A stretch of DNA of 64,000 bases, taken from assembly GCF_001194135.2 (NCBI RefSeq), contig NC_068990.1, positions 37,280,771 through 37,344,770 of the forward strand, written 5' to 3'. The translations under genes were made by a program, and so were the position numbers. Shown here in pieces: positions 54,436 to 64,000 of the stretch (its first letter is position 1; each line of letters starts with the position of its first letter). The notes below the pieces were generated by a model, which saw nothing but the letters and a program-made list of their open reading frames with translations, made no database searches and was not told where the DNA came from. The DNA comes from Octopus bimaculoides (taxonomy: Eukaryota).

Positions 54436-54790
54436 AGAGATGATCCTCTTCAGCAAGTTTGAGACATGAGCTAGGCCTCAAGGACATCCAAAACGTTATT
54501 TTCATCATCATCTCAAGCAGAGTTTCATTTTTTTGCGGTGTCCCACCCAGTTGGTTGGGGGCTTTGATGGTTAGCTGGAAGGCATGGAAGTTCATGTGTG
54601 ATGCTGAAGTAGAGCATTTTGAAACTGAATGTAGGAGAATGTATGAAGTGAGGTGGAGATGTCATCAACTCCCTGCAGCTGATGGTTGGGTTCACTTTCA
54701 GTGCCCTTGGTGCCACAGGATCTGTATCTCATATCAGTCTTTTTAATCACATGCACATCCATGAGAAACAATATGGTGGAGGCAGAGGAA
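54436..54790 (+). mobile_element. RTE-clade LINE 3' end (decayed ORF C-terminus with CCHH finger)
   Basis: Translates with frameshifts to RPQGHPKR...CGVPPSW...WKFMCDAEVEHFE...FQCPWCHRIC/SHISLFNHMHIH, matching the C-terminal pattern of RTE/BovB-like ORFs. Confidence 0.72.
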
Positions 54791-54858
54791 GATGGATGGA
54801 TTGGATCAATGCTGTCCTCACCTTTGATAGTCCATCATAAGCAAGTAATTAGGTGTGA

Positions 54859-54889
<31 letters not shown>

Positions 54890-55148
54890 NNNNNNNNNNN
54901 NNNNNNNNNNNNNNNNNNNNNNNNNNNNNNNNNNNNNNNNNNNNNNNNNNNNNNNNNNNNNNNNNNNNNNNNNNNNNNNNNNNNNNNNNNNNNNNNNNNN
55001 NNNNNNNNNNNNNNNNNNNNNNNNNNNNNNNNNNNNNNNNNNNNNNNNNNNNNNNNNNNNNNNNNNNNNNNNNNNNNNNNNNNNNNNNNNNNNNNNNNNN
55101 NNNNNNNNNNNNNNNNNNNNNNNNNNNNNNNNNNNNNNNNNNNNNNNN
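54890..55148. other. Assembly gap (259 N)
   Basis: N run flanked by (TA)n. Confidence 1.
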
Positions 55149-55149
55149 A

Positions 55150-55322
55150 TATATACATATATACGAAGGGCTTCTTTCAGTTTCTGTCTACCAAATCCAC
55201 TCACAAGGCTTTGGTCGGCCCGAGGCTCTAGTAGAAGACACTTGCCCAAGATGTCACGCAGTGGGGCTGAACTCGGAACCATGTGGCTGGTAAGCAAGCT
55301 ACTTACCACACAGCCACTCCTA
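55150..55322 (-). mobile_element. Family B SINE head
   Basis: Near-identical to 24761-24922. The rest lies in the N-gap. Confidence 0.85.
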
Positions 55323-56119
55323 TGTCTAGATGATACATATGTATAAACAACAAGCAGGTATATTAGTTTGATGTTTGAGAAGGTGAGAGACTTTTATGTT
55401 TTGAGCCTATGCTCTTCAACAGAAAGGAACACATGGAAATAAACAGAGGGAATAAAAAAAAACTTGTGGATTTAGCGGTCATTCTTGGCAAACAGACAAA
55501 CAGACAGAAAGACAGGCAAATAGGCAGACAGACAGATAGGCAGGCACGCAGACAGATAGATAGATAGATATAATACAAACTTCATACTTTTGTTTTACCA
55601 TAAACACAACATAGTTATCAGTGATCTCCACAATCATTAAACATGAGACACTGAGATTAAGTCACCTCTAATCCAGACTCACATAGGGAACAGCAGTAGC
55701 ACAGAGTGATTAATAAATGACAAAGGAACATGAATTACATAATTAAAATCATTACTTTACAACTGTTTCCACAAACAGAACGAAACAAAACTTAGTGAAG
55801 AGTATTCATTCAACTCCCTTACTTTAACATACTCCCAGATTCCCTTATATTAACACAAATGAAATCACAGCAGTACTTCCAGTGACAGAGTTGCAGAATA
55901 ACTAAAGTCTCAAAAACTACACTTTAAACCCCACCGTCTTTGAATAAATTTGTTGAAATGTAACACCTACAAAATTTGCTGTTTCCATTAAAAAGGCAGT
56001 CACTACGTGGTCATTTGACTTTCAAGAATCAATAACCAAATTCCCTCAAATTACATTTTCCTCTTAAGAGAATAAAGACATATTGGCAAATGTGTATCCT
56101 AGATATACTAAAAGATGGG

Positions 56120-56475
56120 ATGGTCATAGCTGGAATAGGAGGAGACCCCCTTCAGTCATGAATAACCATGGGATTGCACTTAGAAAGTTACCCTCTGAGG
56201 CACAAGTCCGGGCAAGGTTGTTTGTGGAAGGCCAGCAGTCACCCATGCATACCAGCCACCCCTCTCCACGCCACCAATGTCATCCAAAGGAAAGGCAAAG
56301 GCTGATACAGCTGGCACCAGTGACGTCACAACTCATTTCTACAGCTGAGTTAACTGGAGCAACGTGAAATAAAGTGTCTTGCTCAAGAACACAACACACA
56401 GCCTGGTCTTGGAATCAAACTCACAACCACACGATCATAAGCTCAATGCTCTAACCACTGAGACATGCGCCTTCA
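56120..56475 (-). mobile_element. tRNA-derived SINE (family C)
   Basis: Minus strand: ggcgcatgtctcagtggttagagc...gagtttgattcc (A/B-box-like), then gtgttcttgagcaagacactttatttcacgttgctccag. Partial copies at 49845-49965, 50672-50920, 39085-39230 and 12700-12920. Confidence 0.8.
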
Positions 56476-57215
56476 CCATAGCTAGAATACCTTACATGAG
56501 AATAGAACTCATTGGATAATGTAGTTCAGTTACATTGCAGTGACTATAAATTTAAATATTTTGTTTGTATCTATGTATCTATCAGTAAATATGTGATAGC
56601 TAGACAGACAGATAACTGGATGAACATACTAACACACATACACACATATAGACACTATCACACATATGTTACTCATCCATACAATCATATAAAGATGAAG
56701 GTTCATATTCTCAGACAAAACCTTGTGTGTGTGTGTGTGTGTGTGTATACATATATCTTCAGAAGACACTTGGTGGTTTAAATACTCAGAACAAATTTGC
56801 GGGGGTGTCTGCATGGTGAGTGATTACATTAAGAAAGAACTTAGCAGCTATAGCTGGAAATGAAGATGATGGTAATGATAATAATAATGATGATGATGAT
56901 AATAGTAGAAATAATAATAATAACAACAACAACAGCAACATCATAAATGAATTAAAGATAGGGAAAAGCTGCACATAGATAGAAAATGTAGATAGTAGAG
57001 TATAAAACGTAATGAGTTTAAATCATGTGTAAAGTGGCACGGAAATGAATTCCACTAAAAGACAATAGAAACTGAAGTGGAACAGCAGTATTAATAAGAT
57101 AATAAGAATTATTATTAGGATTCTGGTAGAAGTACATTGAATTGATACATACACAGTGATACATACATACACATAAGCAAATAATTTCTATGTAGATATG
57201 AATATACAAATATGC

Positions 57216-57246
<31 letters not shown>

Positions 57247-57377
57247 GAAAGGGAAGATAATGATAGTATGTGTGTGTGTGTGTGTATGTGTGAGTGGGTG
57301 TAAGAATGTATACTGACACAAAATTCATTTGTTTTTGCATCCCTTTTATGTGCATACTGATATACATACATACATAC

Positions 57378-57414
<37 letters not shown>

Positions 57415-57540
57415 ATGTGTGTATATATGTATGTATGTATATATATTGTTTGCAGCTCATATATCTGAAAACAGCCCTCTTAGTGTGAAAAAAATATATA
57501 TGTATATTTGTATGTAAATATATGAATGTTTCTATGTATA

Positions 57541-58409
57541 TATGAGGTTCCCAGACTAGTTCTGTAGCATGCCAACAGAGGGAAGCACATGGTTGTATGC
57601 ACAGTGTGAGCTAGCAGTGACCTTCATGAGGCAGCTTGTCAAGTGACATCACTGTGCCCACTTTGCAAGTCGTGAAATGTGTGTTTCTGTGATCATGTGT
57701 ATGTTGCAGTTTGTGATTTTGTCATGGACAGGAAGGTTAGAACATGGAGCCAACAGAGACATTGAGCATACTTTGGGTGCTACTCTGAAATGAAGCAGCA
57801 GTCATCTCTATGCTAGAGCCCTTCATCTCCACGATGGAAGAAGGCACGACTCAGCTGCAGCTCAATCAAGAGAATGCTTATCGTTTTTTCTAACATCCAT
57901 GGTATTGTGCATTGAGAATTCGTCCTCCAGGGCCCGACTGCCATTTGAGACTTCTTCTGCAATATGTTGAAGCATTTGAGGGAGGACATTCAATGAAAGC
58001 AACCAATGTGTGGAGCACAAAGAATTGGATTCTTCACAACAACAATGCACCCTATCATCAAGCTCCCTTCACTCATAAGTTTCTCACGAAAAACAACATG
58101 GTGTCACTTCCACACCTGCCCTCTTCGCCAGATTTAGCACCTGTGGACTTATATCTCTTCCCCAAGATGAAAATGTAGCTCAGAGGTTGCCGTTTTAATG
58201 CTGTTATTAAGATCCTGAGTGAATCACAGAACGTCCTCAAATTGCTTACAGAAAACGACTTCCAAGCCAAATTCCAAAAATGGCAGGAATGCTGGGACCA
58301 CTGTATTGCCACACAAGGTGACTATTTCAGAGGAGATGATGATAAAATCTAGGCAAATAAGTTTTCTTTTGTTAAACATAATTAGTCTGGGAACTTTCTG
58401 ATACTACCT
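57541..58409 (+). mobile_element. Mariner (Tc1/mariner, DD34D-type) DNA transposon, internally deleted and pseudogenised
   Basis: Frame-broken translation carries mariner motifs: KQQSS, MLIVFSNIHGIVH*EFV, WILHNNNAPYH, HLPSSPDLAPVDLYLFPKMK and FQKWQECWDHCIATQGDYF. TIR remnants: left tatgag-gttcccagacta (57541), right tagtctgggaactttctgatactacct (58383-58409). The N-terminal DNA-binding region is largely missing. Confidence 0.93.
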
Positions 58410-58748
58410 GCCAGTACCGCCTGACTGGCCTTCATAGGATTTTCGAGCAAGATCGTTGCCAGTGCCCCTGGACTGGCTCTTGTGCGGGTGGCACATAAAA
58501 TACACCATTTTGAGTGTGGCCGTTGCCAGTACTGCCTGACTGGCCTTCGTGCGGGTGACACGTAAAAGCACCCACTACACTCTCTGAGTGGTTGGCGTTA
58601 GGAAGGGCGTCCAGCTGTAGAAACTCTGCCAAATTAGATTGGAGCCTGGTGTTGCCATCCGGTTTCACCAGTCCTCAGTCAAATTGTCCAACACATGCTA
58701 GCATGGAAAGCGGACGTTAAACGATGATGATGATGATGATGATGATGA
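58410..58748 (+). mobile_element. Family A (GAT)n-tailed retroelement 3' end abutting the mariner right TIR
   Basis: Same block with a long (GAT)n tail. Begins directly after ...gatactacct. Confidence 0.88.
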
Positions 58749-58770
58749 TATATTGAAATAAAAAGTTAAG

Positions 58771-58996
58771 TTCTGGTCATAGAGTTACCAAAGGTTTCAT
58801 ATCCATGAAAGCCACAGCCTTGTGAACAGCTCATTAATGTTTTTTATGTATTAACCGTTAAGTCTTGATATCTGAGCATTTCCTCACGTCCACGTGGTAG
58901 AAAGTTTAATTCTTTTGTCTTTGTATAGAGTCTGACGAGCTGTCCACAAGGCTGTGGTTTTCATGGATAAGAAACCATTGGTAACTATGACCAGAA
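58771..58996. mobile_element. 226-bp inverted-repeat element whose ~60-bp arms are hammerhead-like
   Basis: 58771-58832 is the reverse complement of 58937-58996 with about 4 substitutions and a 2-nt indel. TTAA lies just outside both ends. Confidence 0.8.
58924..58989 (+). ncRNA. Type I hammerhead ribozyme-like motif
   Basis: CTGACGA (58932-58938), GAAA (58971-58974), stem III ACC-ATT-GGT, GUA triplet (58981-58983), stem I AGT/ACT plus TAT/ATG, stem II TGTCCA/TGGATA. The G10.1/11.1 closing pair is a G-A mismatch in this copy. Confidence 0.6.
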
Positions 58997-59339
58997 TTAA
59001 AATTTTTGTGTTAATAATTACTGCTCTATTCTTTAGCGTCTGCTTCTTTTCTAATATATATTTTTTATTGACAACCAATATATATTCTGATATGTTTTAT
59101 TGATGTGTTTACATCCCTGAAGCTTACGTCCCCGTAACCTAGTGGCTCAGCAAAAGAGACCAATAAAATAAGTGCTAGGTTTACAAAGAATAAGTCTTGG
59201 GGGTCAATTTATTCAACTAAAAGACAGTGCTCCAGCATGGCTACAGTCAAATGACTAAAACAAGTAAAAGGGTAAAAAAGTATATATATTGTATACATAC
59301 ATGTGCTTGGTAAATATATGCAAATATATATACAAATCT

Positions 59340-59490
59340 TCCTCATCAACATCACCATCATCATTTAATGTCTGCTTTCTATACTGGCATGGATTGGACG
59401 GTTTGACAGGAACTGGCCTGGCAGAAGACTGCACCATGCTTCACTGTCTGTTTTGGCATAATTTTTATAGCTAGATGCCCCTCCTAACAC
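59340..59490 (-). mobile_element. Family A retroelement 3' end, diverged
   Basis: catcatcatttaatgtctgctttc...ggattggacggtttgac. Confidence 0.7.
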
Positions 59491-60246
59491 ATACATACAT
59501 ACACAATCGTGCATCTTATAACTACGACTGAGATGCATCTTATGATGCTGCACCAAGAATTTCCACAGTAAATGCGCTTTGCTAGATTTACAACTTCATG
59601 CTAGGTGTCTGTTGCCAATAGTACTAGTAAATTTCGGTGATCTTCATCATGTATTAGGAGATAGAAATCTCCAAAGTTTAACATCTGATATGATCTGTTA
59701 TTCAGAATGACAGCCGTAGCAAGCAAAGCTTACCATTAGTAGAGATGTGTGGAAGGTGTCCATAAGTCTTCTCATTGGTCTTATGCACATACCATGATAA
59801 ATCTGGTGTATTTAATATCAAGGTGCTCTTGAAGTTCCTTCCTAATAATTGAAGTTTTGGTTCCATAGGGAAGAATATATATATACACACACAAGCACAC
59901 AGACACACACACAAATACATAAATATACATAGATACACACACATACATATATACACATAGATACACACACACACAGAGATAGATACACACACACACACAG
60001 ATAGATACACACACACACACACACACATATATATATGAAATAATTTTTCAAAGCAAACTGATAGCAACAAAGTTAATAACATTGATATGGAAATCAGCGT
60101 CAAATCTCTTTCTTAAATGTAAAAATTTAAAACTTTGGATATATATATGATATATATATATAAATGAGATGAGATATAGATGCATTCATATATACATTCA
60201 TATATACTTGTGTAGATATATATTGTGTGTATGTATACATACATAC

Positions 60247-60343
<97 letters not shown>

Positions 60344-60380
60344 TGCACATACCTATGTATGTTTTTGTGTATGTATGTAC

Positions 60381-60411
<31 letters not shown>

Positions 60412-61608
60412 TGCATATATAAATATCGCCCTGTGCTGAAAAGAAGGAAGAAGCCAATAGACAGATGAGGGCAGCACAACGTATTTAACAATTTCATAAA
60501 AGACACACTTTTCTCTGACAAAAGTGATGGAGAGAGTTAAGTGCTCCGTCCAAAAGAGCTAGCCGATGCCTCCTTTTCAATGTTGGCATCTGTGCAGCAT
60601 AATTTGAACTCACAACCCCATGAGACTGCAATCTAATGCCATATCAATGCCGAACATTTCGGCTATACCAATTTAGCGTTGTCTCCTTGGTGCTATGCAA
60701 CTAACTGATGATGAAAGGAAACCGACTGAAAATTTTGAATAAAGTTAACAACATCACAATTCATTTGATACATTTAGAGTTAATAGAAATGGTGGCAATA
60801 TTACACAATATTTGTAATTATCAATGGAATCTTTAGCATGCGTTTAAGTACAAATAGATACAGATTGATGTGAAGGCCCATCAACACCAACAACACCGAT
60901 GGCAAAATCAAAACAAACAAAAATAGTAAAAGGAGAGAGAGAGAGAGAGGGAGGGGGGAAGAAAAGCAGCATATAAAAAGCAAAAATAAAAGAAAGAAAG
61001 AAAGAAAGAAGGGAATAAATGAATGGAGCAAGGAAAGCTTGACCATTACGCAGTATCGATGTATTCCATTTGTAGAGCAATTTGTTATGTCACCAATATG
61101 ATTCCCAAGACAGGGAGCAATGGAAATGTTCGACTGGATATTTGACCATTAACATTTTCATGAAATAAACACACACACACACACACAAACATACCATATT
61201 TCTGCATATATATATATATATATATACATACATATGTATACATTATATATATATATCTATATATATATATATATATACAGACATACACATATATTTGTAG
61301 AAATATATATATATACACAAATATATAAATGTAGATATACAAATACATATTGATATGTATATTTATGCATATGTGTTAATGCGTGTATGTATGTATATAT
61401 ACATATATATATATGTGTATGCATGCATGTATATGTATATATAAATATATATATATATACATGCATATATGCATATTGTGTATAATCGCTGACAAATATA
61501 TAAAAATTTAATTGTACGCACGCATATACAATTCTTATGCTTACATATATCCACATGCAATATTATAAATATAGATTGACCATTAAATATCTGTGCCCAT
61601 GTGCATAA

Positions 61609-61876
61609 NNNNNNNNNNNNNNNNNNNNNNNNNNNNNNNNNNNNNNNNNNNNNNNNNNNNNNNNNNNNNNNNNNNNNNNNNNNNNNNNNNNNNNNNNNNN
61701 NNNNNNNNNNNNNNNNNNNNNNNNNNNNNNNNNNNNNNNNNNNNNNNNNNNNNNNNNNNNNNNNNNNNNNNNNNNNNNNNNNNNNNNNNNNNNNNNNNNN
61801 NNNNNNNNNNNNNNNNNNNNNNNNNNNNNNNNNNNNNNNNNNNNNNNNNNNNNNNNNNNNNNNNNNNNNNNNNNNN
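61609..61876. other. Assembly gap (268 N)
   Basis: N run with (TA)n on the right. Further 10-N gaps at 7525-7534, 7954-7963 and 63658-63667. Confidence 1.
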
Positions 61877-61922
<46 letters not shown>

Positions 61923-62622
61923 GCATATGCACACATACATATGTACAATCACCTGCATACACAGAACACAGACACACACACGCATGCAGGACAAATTATA
62001 TACTTTTATACATCACTGAGAATGTTCTAAGAAAATGTTGTACACATACACACAGCCATGACTATAAGTGAGGAGGTGATGTAGAAAAAGAGAAAAAGAG
62101 AGTGAGTGAAGAGAGGATGTGAGATGAGGTCAGAGTGGCTAAATGAAAGGTTGAGAGAGATAAATGGTTGGATTGATTGATGGATATTAAGTGGAATGGT
62201 TACTGCTGGGATTCGAAAACTGCACCAAACATACATTTCATTCAAATAACACCCCTTCATCTATTTCAGAATTGGACATATGTATACAACCTAAATGATA
62301 CCCATATTGTGAATGTGCCTATATGAATGTCTCTATGTCTATATATGTATGGGGGTTTAAGTGTGTGCATGTATATATATATATATATATACATACAGCC
62401 ATATAGATATATATATAAATGCCGATATAATGTAGCATGTGAAAGCATTGAGGGATGTATAGAAAATGGAGAGAAATACCTGAATAAGTAAGGTCTAGCT
62501 TATCTCAGTGTGATAAGATTTTGGTGAGTGGAATATGGATAGATATAAAAGAGATGTTATCAAAATCTCTGTATGTTGCCTGCTCTCTTTCTCTGTGTGC
62601 ACGCACTTGTGTGTGTATGCAC

Positions 62623-62697
<75 letters not shown>

Positions 62698-63420
62698 TAT
62701 ATATATATACATACATGCATGTTTATATACATACACTTCCATACATACCCACACTTAGACACATAATTCACGCACTCACATATACACATTACCCCCCCCC
62801 CCCTACATATATGGCTATATAAAAACATATTTACATACATTTATAAATATACACTTATCTTTGTGCAATAATATGAATGATATGGAAAATAAATGATATC
62901 ACTCATAGTACCAAAACATGTCACTCATTCCCTTGCTATGTGACCTTATTAACAATTCCAGTTACATACATCTCTTTTAATTTAGTTATAAATTCTAAGA
63001 GCTTTAACAAATGTTTTATTCTCTATTTGAATTCTTTATTGCTAATTCAGAAGTTACCTTCAGTAAAACAGACACACAATTTGCTCTATTAATGTTTAAT
63101 GTAGCAAGATATCGTTTCTTGGTTGTATGTGTTGATGAAAATTACCTCAGAGTTAATGAAGTAATTATAATTTAATGGATATGGTGAAGGCTTCTTTTTT
63201 TTCTTTTTATGCAGATGATTTTAAATGTTGTAAGAAATAATGTGAAATGGAAGTTCTAGTTCTTACTTCCTGATTTATTGAACGCACGCACATATAGTAA
63301 CACACACCCAAAAGACACATACACAAACTCATTTAATATCTATCTAACTATTTATCTATTTGTCTGTCTTTGTGTCTGCCTTTCTGTCTGGCTATCTATC
63401 TATCAATCTGTCTGTCTGTC

Positions 63421-64000
63421 TATCTATCAGTCTGTCTGTCTGTGTCTATCTATCAGTCTGTGTGTCTGTGTCTATCTATCAGTCTGTGTGTCTGTGTCTG
63501 TCAATCAGTCTGTGTGTCTGTGTCTGTCAATCAGTCTGTGTGTCTGTGTCTGTCAATCAGTCTGTGTGTCTGTGTCTGTCAATCAGTCTGTCTGTCTGTG
63601 TCTGTCAATCAGTCTGTCTGTCTGTGTCTGTCAATCAGTCTGTCTGTCTGTGTCTGTNNNNNNNNNNTATCAGTCTGTGTGTCTGTGTCTGTCAATCAGT
63701 CTGTGTGTCTGTGTCTGTCAATCAGTCTGTGTGTCTGTGTCTGTCAATCAGTCTGTCTGTCTGTGTCTGTCAATCAGTCTGTCTGTCTGTGTCTGTCAAT
63801 CAGTCTGTCTGTCTGTGTCTGTCAATCAGTCTGTCTGCCTGTGTCTGTCAATCAGTCTGTCTGTCTGTCTGTCTATCAATCTGTGTCTGTCTATCAATCT
63901 GTGTCTGTCTATCAATCTGTCTGTCTGTCTATCAATCTGTCTGTCTGTCTGTCTATCAATCTGTCTGTCTGTCTGTCTATCAATCTGTCTGTCTGTCTGT
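63421..64000. repeat. Minisatellite with a 26-bp unit (atcagtctgtgtgtctgtgtctgtca), grading into 18-24-bp TCTG/TCTA units
   Basis: Repeated units read directly. The array runs to the window end and contains a 10-N gap. Confidence 0.93.

Noticed and set aside
56400-56475. tRNA genes at A/B-box-like heads (also 12850-12920, 49845-49915, 50672-50740)
   Set aside because: No complete cloverleaf, and each continues into a shared SINE body.
60705-60730. CTGATGA...GAAAC hammerhead-like words
   Set aside because: The spacer tgaaag cannot form stem II, and no GUH triplet or stem I partner follows.
1532-62840. Long ORFs rich in YI, HT, CV or X in the supplied track
   Set aside because: They are translations of (TA)n, (CA)n and N-gaps, which lack stop codons by composition.
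63421-64000. Regular repeats as a CRISPR array
   Set aside because: Head-to-tail units without unique spacers, in a eukaryotic context with no cas genes.

Overview
AT-rich eukaryotic non-coding DNA, about a quarter to a third simple repeat ((TA)n, (CA)n, (TAGA)n, (AAT)n, (GAT)n), with 8 N-gaps. The repeat families and microsatellite load resemble an octopus genome; this is an inference from recalled repeat consensus and was not searched. I could not identify any named protein-coding gene, and nearly all ORFs in the supplied track are microsatellite translations. Supported content: many copies of several SINE-like and LINE-tail families, decayed RTE and RLE-type LINE 3' ends, a deleted mariner transposon, two hAT-type MITEs, and several inverted-repeat elements. 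There is also a promoter-like cassette at 34.1-35.7 kb, plus scattered low-confidence exon candidates. The most interesting signal is hammerhead-ribozyme-like (HHR) motifs in three different small repeats. One is a near-complete type I hammerhead at 58924-58989. In two elements the motifs occur as divergent inverted pairs, which suggests Penelope/retrozyme-like non-autonomous retroelements that look like MITEs. All alignments and folds were done by eye, and repeat boundaries are approximate.
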